A stretch of 64,000 bases of DNA, from contig JAGYNB010000001.1 in the NCBI GenBank assembly GCA_018400015.1, forward strand, positions 134,815 to 198,814, given 5' to 3'. The position numbers and the translations under genes are program-made. Positions 11,033-20,306 of the stretch are shown here, one piece after another. The notes beneath the pieces are model-generated. The model saw nothing but the letters and a program-made list of their open reading frames with translations, made no database searches and was not told the DNA's origin. The stretch is from Candidatus Omnitrophota bacterium. Lineage in GTDB: Bacteria > Omnitrophota > Gorgyraeia > Gygaellales > Gygaellaceae. How positions within the stretch are numbered: the stretch's first letter is position 1; every line of letters begins with the position of its first letter.

Positions 11033-11607
11033 AGAACTTAAACCCGGTTTTAGAAAGAAGTTATTCTTTACAGTACGCTTTAGTTAAGACGTTTGCGGTT
11101 ATTGTATTCGTTTTCTTAACAGCTTTGGGAGCTTATATCAGAATACCGCTTTGGTTTACTCCCGTACCGGTTACCCTACAGACATTTTTTGTTTTGCTGG
11201 GTGCGTGTATATTGGGTAGGTATTTGGGGTTTTTAAGTCAAACAATCTATATTATTTTAGGGGTTTTAGGGATATCGTTATTTACCAATAACGGTTCAGG
11301 CATATATTATTTGTTAGGCCCTACAGCAGGGTACTTGTTAGGATTTTTGATAGTCAGTGTTTTTATTGGGATTGTTTTGCCGAAACAGAAAAGTTTTAAA
11401 TCGGTATTTTTTGTTTTCTCTGCGGCAAGTTTATTGATTTTAGCTTGCGGGGCTTTATGGCTGAAGATTATCTTTAGAATAAGCTTTTTCCATTCTTTGA
11501 TCTTGGGCGCATTGCCTTTTGTCGCAGGGGATACGGTCAAGAGCCTGATAGCCAGCGTTTTTTATATGAAGTTTAAGTCCCGCATCGACAGGTTTAACCG
11601 CGGGTGA
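11029..11607 (+). CDS. bioY: Biotin transporter BioY (ECF S-component)
   Basis: TPVPVTLQT, GPTAGYLLGF, PFVAGDTVK. Confidence 0.93.
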   Translation: MKNLNPVLERSYSLQYALVKTFAVIVFVFLTALGAYIRIPLWFTPVPVTLQTFFVLLGACILGRYLGFLSQTIYIILGVLGISLFTNNGSGIYYLLGPTAGYLLGFLIVSVFIGIVLPKQKSFKSVFFVFSAASLLILACGALWLKIIFRISFFHSLILGALPFVAGDTVKSLIASVFYMKFKSRIDRFNRG

Positions 11608-13795
11608 GTTTTAAGTAAACAAGAGAGTAAAGTTTTATTAGTATAACCAATATTATGCAGTTTGGTATGCCTAGTATTGGTATGAGTAAGATAGTTGTGG
11701 ATACTGCAGCAAGAAAACTTCCCAATAATTCAACTGTATATATAGTAGCAATATTATTTTTAGGTTTAGCAGACAGGTAAGTTTTATTAACAGCAGGAAA
11801 CTCTATCCCGTGTGCAATACCGATAGCGCTGGCGATTAAATAAAGAATGAATTCATTCAGCAAGAGACTTTTCTTGAAAAGAATTAGAATTAGTACTGAT
11901 AACAATATAAAACCCGTTTCGCAAGTTTTAATTAAAATTAGGTTATTTTTTCTGATGGATATTTTATAACCGACAAGCGTTCCTAATGACAGGCCTGCCA
12001 TAAAGCTGGTAGTGATGATGATAATTTTTGAGTAGATTACGCCAAAATATACCTGCATGGCGATAAGGATAGATAATATCAGTAACATTTCAGAAAAGGC
12101 CGTACTTGCAGCGATATATTCTAAGAAAAAATATTTACGTTTTCTAGAGATGATAATGCAGACCGATAAGACTATTAACAGCAGCGTAAATATATTAAAA
12201 GGATTGATTTTATTAATCCAAGAATAAATTGATTTATGTTTCAAAAACGATTTAGCACTGTAAAAAGACAGGTTATCCAGCACAAGAATCGGTTTAAGGT
12301 CTAAGTTGTATTTCAGATCATTATTTTTCAAAGAATCCCAGAACCAGCGATTGCGAGAATTATCAAGAAGCAGCTCGAGGTATTGTTTGTTGAAAAAAGA
12401 TGTCTGGATATTACGTTTTTTTAAGTTGTAAAAAAGATGATCAGGCCTAAGATTTATCATTGTTTCTGAGGCAAGTATTATATTGTTTTCTCCCGGGATT
12501 ACCTTTAAGTAATTAAAACTTTTCTTAAGCGTATTCAATAGATGTATATTGATATTTTTTAATTCTTCGCTGTAGCTGGATTCGGTTCCTTGGCAGGTCA
12601 ATGCGATAACAGCATTGTCTTTTAGGGCATGTTTTATAAGAGTGAAGAATTCATATGTGTAAAAACGGTTTGTATTTAAGTTTGATGATGCGCCATAGTT
12701 TATAAATACGATATCGAATTTTTGAGTAGAGTGTTTTATAAAGTTTCTCGGGTCAGTTATAGTTATATCAACAACAGGATTCTCTAATTCGTCTTTTGAA
12801 AGATTTTTAAATGATTCTACTAAAATAGCGTCATGCTCTAGATAATTGATTTTTTTAACATCGTGTTTGACGATTTCATTTATTAGTCCGTAATAGTTGC
12901 CAATCAGAAGAATATTTTTTGGATTATTATGTTCTAAAAGAGCAAGATGCGAGAAATTCTCGTTAAACCCGGTATTGTCGTAGGGGAATGTTGCTACGGG
13001 CCGGCCATTTACAAATAATGTTTTTTGGTTGTCTTTTTTTCCTACACAGATATTGGAATATTTTGAATTCTTATTCTCGATTATTTCTAGACCAAAAAAG
13101 AGATTACCCAGAGACCTTTTGGATAAATATTCTCCCGTGTAGTTAGTTTTTAGACTGACAAGAAAAAAGGTAATTAATAAAATCGAACTTAAAAAGAATA
13201 AAAACCTTTTTATGCTGCATTTTTGGTATTTTAAAGCCAAAAGCAGTGCGCTTGCGAGATTAAATATTGCCAAAATAAAAATCTGATTAATTACCATTAT
13301 CTGTTCTTTTATGAATACAAAAAATATCGCTGTACCGATAATAACTCCGAGCGCTTCAAGGGCATAGGCAAAAGAAACACCTTTATGCGCATGATTTTTA
13401 TCTGTAATAACACTCGAACCAAGTTTAAATAGCCATCCGTCAAAGATGCAAAAGGGGGCTAAGATAAATACGCTTATTAAGCTTATTCCGATTAAGGAGA
13501 ATGATTCTCCGGGAAGTTTATCGAGAATTAAACGGGAATTTCTTAATAAGATAAGGGAGAAAAAGCTTATTATAACAATGAAGCTTTGAAAGAGAGAAAA
13601 GAAGAAATAATTGTCAGGAAGTTTTTTTCTTGAGATTATTCCCGCGCCAACTGCCTGAAAGAGTATCCAGGATCCGAGAATTATCCCCAGGGTGAGTTCG
13701 TTCCCGGAGAAAAGCACAAGGAGCTCTCTGATAAATATTGTTTGGATCAGGATAGCTGTGAGGCCCTTTATTATTAAGGCAAGAGCAAGTAGCAT
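11594..13795 (-). CDS. Membrane protein with central spermidine-synthase-like domain (fused MFS/spermidine synthase family)
   Basis: RELLVLFSGNEL N-terminus, TM blocks flanking a soluble domain (SKYSNI, NRFYTYEFF, DLKPI), YTVELLGS. Confidence 0.8.
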   Translation of the reverse strand: MLLALALIIKGLTAILIQTIFIRELLVLFSGNELTLGIILGSWILFQAVGAGIISRKKLPDNYFFFSLFQSFIVIISFFSLILLRNSRLILDKLPGESFSLIGISLISVFILAPFCIFDGWLFKLGSSVITDKNHAHKGVSFAYALEALGVIIGTAIFFVFIKEQIMVINQIFILAIFNLASALLLALKYQKCSIKRFLFFLSSILLITFFLVSLKTNYTGEYLSKRSLGNLFFGLEIIENKNSKYSNICVGKKDNQKTLFVNGRPVATFPYDNTGFNENFSHLALLEHNNPKNILLIGNYYGLINEIVKHDVKKINYLEHDAILVESFKNLSKDELENPVVDITITDPRNFIKHSTQKFDIVFINYGASSNLNTNRFYTYEFFTLIKHALKDNAVIALTCQGTESSYSEELKNINIHLLNTLKKSFNYLKVIPGENNIILASETMINLRPDHLFYNLKKRNIQTSFFNKQYLELLLDNSRNRWFWDSLKNNDLKYNLDLKPILVLDNLSFYSAKSFLKHKSIYSWINKINPFNIFTLLLIVLSVCIIISRKRKYFFLEYIAASTAFSEMLLILSILIAMQVYFGVIYSKIIIITTSFMAGLSLGTLVGYKISIRKNNLILIKTCETGFILLSVLILILFKKSLLLNEFILYLIASAIGIAHGIEFPAVNKTYLSAKPKNNIATIYTVELLGSFLAAVSTTILLIPILGIPNCIILVILIKLYSLVYLKLTRG

Positions 13796-13798
13796 CTT

Positions 13799-14467
13799 TT
13801 ATAATAAGGTCATCGACTTTATTGCTTCTAGATGTTTTTGGCTAAGGCGGTAAAGCCCGAGTTTTATCCAGAAGTTTTTGTGGTTTTCTTTCGGTTTTGA
13901 TTCCAGCATGGTGCCTTCTACGGTAAAAGGCATGGTATGCGTAGGTAGTTTTAGATCCAGACTGAGAATTTTATTTTTTTCAAAATTTACAGTTGATTCG
14001 AACACAATTATCGCTTGGGGTTTTGCAGATTCCGGAACAGGTGTAGCTTCGATTAGTTCGATGTCGGCAATACACCAATAGGGAATGCCGATTGTATTTT
14101 CTCCCAGGTTTTGCAGCATGATCAGGTATTCAATAAAGTTATAAATTATGTTTTCTGTTTCTTTATCTAGGTCAATGAATTGCGTACCGATTGTATATTC
14201 GTTTTCTTCTTGTTTTTTCCATATAGGTTTGACTTTTACTTTGATTTTGTCATAGCCTTTTACACTCGGTACATAAATTTGAATGGATATGTCTTTATCC
14301 GTGTCTATATTTTCTTTAGCACTAAGAAGCATACCGCTTTTACTGATATTTTTTATATCGATATGCCTGAATTCTTCATCCTGGCTGAATCTGGCTAATA
14401 GCCAGTAGGCTATACGCTGGTCTCTTCGACGATCCTGCATTGTATCGGTTTGTTGGTCTTGTTTCAT
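13799..14467 (-). CDS. PilZ-domain (c-di-GMP receptor) protein with a second, degenerate PilZ-like half
   Basis: RRRDQR (RxxxR) and NISKSG (D/NxSxxG); start set at ATG 14467 because the upstream extension overlaps the predicted promoter. Confidence 0.8.
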   Translation of the reverse strand: MKQDQQTDTMQDRRRDQRIAYWLLARFSQDEEFRHIDIKNISKSGMLLSAKENIDTDKDISIQIYVPSVKGYDKIKVKVKPIWKKQEENEYTIGTQFIDLDKETENIIYNFIEYLIMLQNLGENTIGIPYWCIADIELIEATPVPESAKPQAIIVFESTVNFEKNKILSLDLKLPTHTMPFTVEGTMLESKPKENHKNFWIKLGLYRLSQKHLEAIKSMTLL

Positions 14468-14606
14468 AGAATATAAATTATCATAGTTAATGTTTTTTAA
14501 CAAGATATTTATCATTTACCAGTTGTTTTGAAGATATACGGTTTTTATAAGCAGATTGACAACGAAAAACCTTTATGTTATAAATAAGCTTATTCCGCTT
14601 ATTAAT

Positions 14607-14945
14607 ATGCGTATAAAAGCTTTATTTTACCTATTTTTATTCCTGGTTTTATCAACAAGCTGTGTTTATGCTCAAGAAGAGCCCCAACCACAACAGAATT
14701 TAAGCGAATGGGTATTTGGCGAAGTGGTTGCGAAAGAAGATTTATCCATTAGTATTGAATATCTGGATTTTGATCTGGATGATTATCGGGTAATGGTTTT
14801 AAATATCGATAACGAAAAATATGCAATTTATGATGATATTGACATTGGGGATATGGTCAGTATATCTTTCACCAGGAAAAATGACGGTTCATTAAAGGTT
14901 GAGCAGATAAGATCAGAAAGCGTAACTGTTGTCGGTTCGCAATAA
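14607..14945 (+). CDS. Hypothetical secreted acidic protein
   Basis: Sec signal peptide MRIKALFYLFLFLVLSTSCVYA followed by a small beta-rich acidic domain; TTGACA-17-TATAAA upstream (14556-14584). Confidence 0.7.
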   Translation: MRIKALFYLFLFLVLSTSCVYAQEEPQPQQNLSEWVFGEVVAKEDLSISIEYLDFDLDDYRVMVLNIDNEKYAIYDDIDIGDMVSISFTRKNDGSLKVEQIRSESVTVVGSQ

Positions 14946-14978
14946 CAGTATTAAGCTACAGCCTGTCCGTATAATAAA

Positions 14979-15905
14979 ATGATTAATCCTATAAGAATAT
15001 TTAAACCAAGAATTGGCCTTGCTCTTGGAGGCGGCGGAGTAAGGGCATTTGCGCATGTTGGTTTGCTTAAAGAGTTAGAGGCAAATAGAATTCCTATTCA
15101 TATGCTTAGCGGTATAAGTATGGGTTCGATAATTGCAGCTATTTATGCTTTGGGCGTTCCTGTTGAAAAGATTGAGAAAAAACTATTGGAGTTTGCCGGC
15201 AGTAAAGAATTATTAAGTTTGGAAAGATTTTCTACGGATTCCGAAATAGATGAAAAGAAACTAGTATTTCAGAAGTTTGTAAGGATTTTAAAGAATCTTT
15301 ACCTTTGGAATGTAAGGGGCGCGAGAAAATGGTTAGTTAAATTTGATAAGATTATTCCTTTTGTGGAAAGTCTTATCGGTAATAAAACCTTTGCCGATAC
15401 GAAAATTCCTTTTATCTGTGTGGCATGTGATTTATCAACCGGAGAAGAGGTTATTATCAATAAGGGTAAGCTTATTGATGCGGTTTTGGCTTCTTCAGCT
15501 TTGCCGGGAGTATTTCCTCCTGTTAAAATGGCAGGCAAGCTTTTGGTTGATGCTGGAATATTAGGTTCTATTCCTACGTGGGTGTTTGATAAAAAAGACA
15601 TTGATTTCGTGCTTGCTGCTAATGTGGGAGGTAATATCTATCATAAGGAATTTAATACAGGTCTTGATATATTGTTTCAGGCGGATCTTATAACTAGCAA
15701 CAAGTTAGATCAAGAGGTATTAAAATATGCAGATTTTGTTATTGATCCGGCAGTACATGATATCCTATGGAGTGAATTTTCTCAGGCGGGTTTTTGCGTT
15801 GAACAGGGAAAAATTGCTGCAAGACAGAATATCAGATTTTTAAAATCAGTAATAAGGTCAAAACACATAAACCCGTTTTTTGGTACAAAAAAGATTAGAA
15901 AATAA
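14979..15905 (+). CDS. Patatin-like phospholipase
   Basis: LGGGGVR oxyanion loop, GISMG nucleophile motif, SSALPGVFPP, LVDAG. Confidence 0.9.
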   Translation: MINPIRIFKPRIGLALGGGGVRAFAHVGLLKELEANRIPIHMLSGISMGSIIAAIYALGVPVEKIEKKLLEFAGSKELLSLERFSTDSEIDEKKLVFQKFVRILKNLYLWNVRGARKWLVKFDKIIPFVESLIGNKTFADTKIPFICVACDLSTGEEVIINKGKLIDAVLASSALPGVFPPVKMAGKLLVDAGILGSIPTWVFDKKDIDFVLAANVGGNIYHKEFNTGLDILFQADLITSNKLDQEVLKYADFVIDPAVHDILWSEFSQAGFCVEQGKIAARQNIRFLKSVIRSKHINPFFGTKKIRK

Positions 15906-15921
15906 AACATAAGGAGAGAAT

Positions 15922-16008
15922 ATGAGTAAGCGTAAACGTAGAGCAAGACTTTCTTGGAGAACAAAGAAGGCAAATCACGGTAAAAAGCCCTGTATGGGAA
16001 AAAACTAA
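15922..16008 (+). CDS. 28-aa basic peptide, 50S ribosomal protein bL37-like (not in ORF track)
   Basis: AAGGAG RBS then MSKRKRRARLSWRTKKANHGKKPCMGKN*; KANHGKKP matches the KANHGKRP signature recalled for mycobacterial bL37. Confidence 0.75.
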   Translation: MSKRKRRARLSWRTKKANHGKKPCMGKN

Positions 16009-16027
16009 TTTTACATAAGGGATAAAT

Positions 16028-16939
16028 ATGAAGGCGTTAGTTACTGGAGGCGCTGGTTTTATCGGCGCTAACATCTGCGAGTATCTTTTAAAACAGAATT
16101 TTAAAGTTATTTGTCTGGATGATTTTCTAAAGGGGAGTGAGAAAAATATCCAGGGTATGGACTTGGAGTTTATAAAAGGAAGCGTAGTCGATGAGAGGTT
16201 GATAAAGAGTCTTAATGGTAAAGGAATTGATGTAATATTTCATGAAGCGGCGATTACCGACACCACTGTTACTGATGATAATTTAATGCTTCAAGTTAAT
16301 GTGGAAGGTTTTAAATATATTCTGAACCTGGCAAGAGCTGAAAATTGTCCTGTTGTCTATGCGTCTTCTGCAGCTGTCTATGGCGATGGTTTTGTCCCGA
16401 TGAAAGAATCGCAGAAACCAAACCCTTTAAATATTTACGGGGTTTCTAAGCTTAAGATGGATGAGATTTCACCGATTTTTTCCCGCGAGACCGGTTTAAA
16501 AGTTGTGGGCCTGCGTTATTTTAATGTTTACGGGCCAAAAGAAGATTTTAAGGCAAGCGCGATGAGTATGATTCGTCAGCTCGGCTTTCAAATGCTAAAA
16601 GGAAACGCTCCGCGCGTATTTAAGTGGGGAGAGCAGGAAAGAGATTTTATTTATGTGAAAGATGTTGTTACGGCCAATATCAAGGCTTTTGAGGCAGAAA
16701 AAAGTTGTATTGTTAATGTAGGAACAGGTAAAAGAACAAGCTTTAACCGCATAATTGAGATTTTAAATAATAATCTAAACACAGATTTCAAACCTGATTA
16801 TTTTGATAATCCCTACAACTTTTATCAGAATCACACACAGGCAGACCCTACGTTGGCGCAAAAATCCCTAGGCTTTAAGGCCGGTTTTTCTATAGAAGAA
16901 GGTATCAAGGATTACGTTCTAGCGCTAACTAGGAGTTAA
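16028..16939 (+). CDS. rfaD: ADP-L-glycero-D-manno-heptose 6-epimerase (HldD/RfaD), extended SDR
   Basis: TGGAGFIG, YASSAAVYG, YGVSK, GLRYFNVYGP, RDFIYVKD. Confidence 0.78.
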   Translation: MKALVTGGAGFIGANICEYLLKQNFKVICLDDFLKGSEKNIQGMDLEFIKGSVVDERLIKSLNGKGIDVIFHEAAITDTTVTDDNLMLQVNVEGFKYILNLARAENCPVVYASSAAVYGDGFVPMKESQKPNPLNIYGVSKLKMDEISPIFSRETGLKVVGLRYFNVYGPKEDFKASAMSMIRQLGFQMLKGNAPRVFKWGEQERDFIYVKDVVTANIKAFEAEKSCIVNVGTGKRTSFNRIIEILNNNLNTDFKPDYFDNPYNFYQNHTQADPTLAQKSLGFKAGFSIEEGIKDYVLALTRS

Positions 16940-16958
16940 TTATTTTCTGCAGGTTAAA

Positions 16959-19001
16959 ATGCAAAAGATCGATTATAAAAAAGAGCTGAACGAAAAACAG
17001 TTTGAAGCGGCTACTTCTACAGATGGAGCATATCTTGTTATTGCCGGTGCAGGTTCAGGTAAAACCCGCACGCTCGTATATAGGGTTGCTTATTTAGTAG
17101 AAAAGGGAATTGTCCCTGAGAGAATTCTGCTGCTTACGTTTACGCGTAAAGCTGCAGAGCAAATGCTTAGGCGCGCTTCGTCACTTTTGGATAATAGATG
17201 CCAGCATGTATCCGGAGGCACTTTTCATTCTTTTGCAAATTCTATTCTTCGTAAATACGCAAAAGTGCTGGGGCTTGCCAATAATTATACCATTCTTGAT
17301 GAATCAGATGCAGAAGATGTGGTCAATATTTTAAGGACAAGACTTGAGCTTAATAAGCAGGAAAAGCGTTTTCCTAGGAAGAAAGCAGTTCTAGAGATGA
17401 TATCTAAAAGCATCAATAAGGTCGAACCTTTAAGAAAAGTAATATACGATGAGTACCCTCAGTTTTTAGAATGGGAAGAAGAAATAAACAAAATAAAACA
17501 GCTCTATAAGGAATACAAGTTCGAGAAGTCCCTTATTGATTACGATGACCTTTTAGTGTATTTAAAAAGACTGCTTCTTGAGTTTGATGATATCAGGATT
17601 AAACTCAGCGATAACTATAAATATGTAATGGTAGATGAATATCAGGATACTAATAAACTTCAGGCATTGATTGTTTCTCTTTTAGCCAGCGTGCATAAAA
17701 ATATCATGGTTGTAGGTGACGATTCTCAGAGCATCTATTCATTCAGGGGGGCAAATTTTAAAAATATTATGGATTTTCCTAAGATTTTTCCTGAGACTAA
17801 GACTATAACCCTGGAAGAAAATTACCGTTCAACGCAGACAATACTTAATCTTACCAATAATATTATCGGTATGGCCGCAGAAGGGTTTGGGAAGTCTCTT
17901 TTCACCAGAAAAGAAGGGGGTGTTTTACCTATATATATAGATGCTGCTGATGAAAGTGCTCAGTCAAAATATATCGCGGATAAGATACTTCAGTTACGCG
18001 AGCAAGATGTAGAGCTGTCTGATATTGCAATATTGTTTCGTTCGGGTTGGCATTCAAATGATCTGGAAGTCGAGCTTGCTTCACGGAATATCCCTTTTAT
18101 GAAATACGGAGGAAGAAAATTTATCGAAGCCGCGCACATAAAAGATGTGCTTTCTTATTTAAGGATAATACATAATATAAAAGATGAAGTTAGTTGGCAT
18201 AGGGCGCTTTTATTATGTAAGGGCGTTGGCCCTAAGACAGCAGATAAGATTATTAATCAGGTTATAAAAAAGGATAATCTTTCTCAAACAGACACAAAAC
18301 AGTTTAGGAAAATAGATATAGATAAGCTAATGGAGCTTTTAAGTCAGATAAAGGAAAATTCTTACACTCTTTTAGAGATGCTTGATTTGTTTTTAAAGCA
18401 TTACCAGCCTCTTTTTAGGGAAAAATACGATGATTTTAATAAGCGTGTTAATGATCTTGATTCATTAAGGCGGATTGCCACAAGATATGGATCGTTGGAA
18501 GGTTTTTTGGCAGATATGGCATTAGAGCCTCCCGAGCGAAGTATTGTTGAGTCTTCTTTTAGGGACAAGGATGATTCTACGCTTACTTTATCCACGATTC
18601 ATTCTGCCAAGGGGTTGGAGTGGCATACGGTGTTTATTATTTATGTTGCCGAAGGCTACTTGCCCAGCTATTTATCACTAGAAGATAAGGATTCCATAGA
18701 AGAAGAACGCAGACTTCTTTATGTTGCGTCCACAAGGGCTAAGCATAATTTATTTTTGATAAAGCCACAGGTTGACCGCTCTCCAGGAAGTTTTTTTATG
18801 GAAGGTAAAACCGTGTTTACTCAAGTGTCACGTTTTATAGATACCCCTAAGATATTTAATGAGTTATTGGATTGTCAAGCCAGTCTCGATCTTAAAACAA
18901 CAGAAAAAGAATTCAATTATGAGCTGGACAGTAGTCATTCTAAAAACGACGGTTTTATGGACAATCTTAAGGAATATTTCAAAGACGATTTTATAGCGTG
19001 A
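16959..19001 (+). CDS. UvrD/PcrA/Rep-family ATP-dependent DNA helicase
   Basis: AGAGSGKT, VDEYQDTN, VGDDSQSIYSFRGA, LEENYRS, STIHSAKGLEW, EERRLLYVASTRAK. Confidence 0.95.
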   Translation: MQKIDYKKELNEKQFEAATSTDGAYLVIAGAGSGKTRTLVYRVAYLVEKGIVPERILLLTFTRKAAEQMLRRASSLLDNRCQHVSGGTFHSFANSILRKYAKVLGLANNYTILDESDAEDVVNILRTRLELNKQEKRFPRKKAVLEMISKSINKVEPLRKVIYDEYPQFLEWEEEINKIKQLYKEYKFEKSLIDYDDLLVYLKRLLLEFDDIRIKLSDNYKYVMVDEYQDTNKLQALIVSLLASVHKNIMVVGDDSQSIYSFRGANFKNIMDFPKIFPETKTITLEENYRSTQTILNLTNNIIGMAAEGFGKSLFTRKEGGVLPIYIDAADESAQSKYIADKILQLREQDVELSDIAILFRSGWHSNDLEVELASRNIPFMKYGGRKFIEAAHIKDVLSYLRIIHNIKDEVSWHRALLLCKGVGPKTADKIINQVIKKDNLSQTDTKQFRKIDIDKLMELLSQIKENSYTLLEMLDLFLKHYQPLFREKYDDFNKRVNDLDSLRRIATRYGSLEGFLADMALEPPERSIVESSFRDKDDSTLTLSTIHSAKGLEWHTVFIIYVAEGYLPSYLSLEDKDSIEEERRLLYVASTRAKHNLFLIKPQVDRSPGSFFMEGKTVFTQVSRFIDTPKIFNELLDCQASLDLKTTEKEFNYELDSSHSKNDGFMDNLKEYFKDDFIA

Positions 19002-19004
19002 TTT

Positions 19005-19970
19005 ATGCTTCGTATAGGCGATATTAAACTAAAATCCAACCTGATTCTTTCTCCTTTAGCCGGAATAAGCGACCTGCCTTTTCGTATGATCAACCGTAAG
19101 TTCGGATGCCATCTTGCCTTTGTAGAAATGATTAATGTCCGCTCGCTTAGTCATAAAAGTAAAAAGACTAAAATGATGTTGTCTACCTTAAGAGCTGATA
19201 GTCCTTTAGGGGTGCAGCTTTTGGGTTTTGAAGAGGAATTTATAAAAAGGGCAATAGATATATTGCAGTATTATAAATTCGATGTATTGGATTTTAATTG
19301 TGCCTGTCCGGAAAAAAAAGTTGTACGCCGTAAAGAAGGAGCAGCTTTATTAAAAGAGCCAAAGAAAATACATAAATTGTTAAAAGTTATTGTCGAACGC
19401 AGCCACCGGCCAGTGACTGTTAAGATAAGGACAGGTTTTAATAGCGAATCGATTAATGCCAAAGAAGTGGCATTATTGTGTGAGGATGCAGGCGTGAAGG
19501 CGCTATTTATTCATGGAAGAACCAGAGAGCAGTTTTATAAGCCCGGAGTTGATTACGATACGATTAGAAACGTAAAGAAATCTCTTTCAATTCCGGTTAT
19601 CGCTAGCGGCGATATCTTTAATGCTTCCTTAGCAAAGAAAATGCTGGAGGAGACCGGATGCGATGCTCTCGCTATTGCCAGGGGTAGTTTTGGCAATCCC
19701 TGGATTTTTAAGGAAATTGAAGCATCTTTAAAAGGAAGATTATTCAAGCGTCCCAACGTTTCACAGGTATATAAGGCGATGTTAATGCATTTTAATTTAA
19801 TTGTAGATTTTTACGGCGCAAGCAAAGCAGTAAGCTTGTTTAGAAAGTTTTTTAATTGGTATGTTAAAGGTTTTTCTAATGTGCGGCATTTAAGGGAAAA
19901 GGCCTGTAGTGTGAGAAAAGAGCAGGACATGTTAGAGGTTATGAGGATTTTTTTAAAGATGCACAAATAA
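19005..19970 (+). CDS. dusB: tRNA-dihydrouridine synthase
   Basis: SPLAGISDLPFR, NCACP, VKIRTG, HGRT, GNPWIF. Confidence 0.9.
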   Translation: MLRIGDIKLKSNLILSPLAGISDLPFRMINRKFGCHLAFVEMINVRSLSHKSKKTKMMLSTLRADSPLGVQLLGFEEEFIKRAIDILQYYKFDVLDFNCACPEKKVVRRKEGAALLKEPKKIHKLLKVIVERSHRPVTVKIRTGFNSESINAKEVALLCEDAGVKALFIHGRTREQFYKPGVDYDTIRNVKKSLSIPVIASGDIFNASLAKKMLEETGCDALAIARGSFGNPWIFKEIEASLKGRLFKRPNVSQVYKAMLMHFNLIVDFYGASKAVSLFRKFFNWYVKGFSNVRHLREKACSVRKEQDMLEVMRIFLKMHK

Positions 19971-19974
19971 TTTA

Positions 19975-20002
19975 TTGACAATAAGCGATTTCATATTAAA
20001 AT
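19975..20002 (+). promoter_or_regulatory. sigma70 promoter of the riboswitch-btu operon
   Basis: TTGACA-16-TAAAAT just upstream of the riboswitch. Confidence 0.65.
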
Positions 20003-20017
20003 AGGTACAGATTAAGG

Positions 20018-20178
20018 TTATACAGGTCCTTACAAAAGGACAATAGGGAAACTCGTAGAAGCGAGTGCGGTCCCGCCGCTGTAGTAAGGGACGAAATCCT
20101 GCAAGTAAAGCCACTGGAAAACCGGGAAGGCGCAGGAAAATAGAACGATCTTACAAGCCAGAAGACCTGCCTGTATAA
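20018..20178 (+). ncRNA. Cobalamin (B12) riboswitch
   Basis: P1 TTATACAGG/CCTGTATAA, AATAGGGAA, GCGGTCCCGCCGCTGT, GCCACTG...GGGAAGG and B12 box AGCCAGAAGACCTGCC; directly upstream of a TonB-dependent receptor. Confidence 0.95.
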
Positions 20179-20248
20179 AAAATGTCCAACAAATCCATTT
20201 GGTTCGCGGACAAGCCAATTAGGGATCAAGCAAAAAACAGGGTGCAAT

Positions 20249-20283
20249 CCCGAATGTAGTTTAAGACTATATTCGGGTTTTTT
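20249..20283 (+). terminator. Intrinsic terminator, riboswitch expression platform
   Basis: Stem CCCGAATGTAGT / ACTATATTCGGG followed by a T-tract, 24 nt before the receptor start. Confidence 0.85.
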
Positions 20284-20306
20284 ATTGTCCGGGAAAGGCA
20301 AGAGTC

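Noticed and set aside
19996-20301. Minus-strand ORFs of 101 and 62 aa
   Set aside because: Antisense to the cobalamin riboswitch and terminator, with no protein-like features
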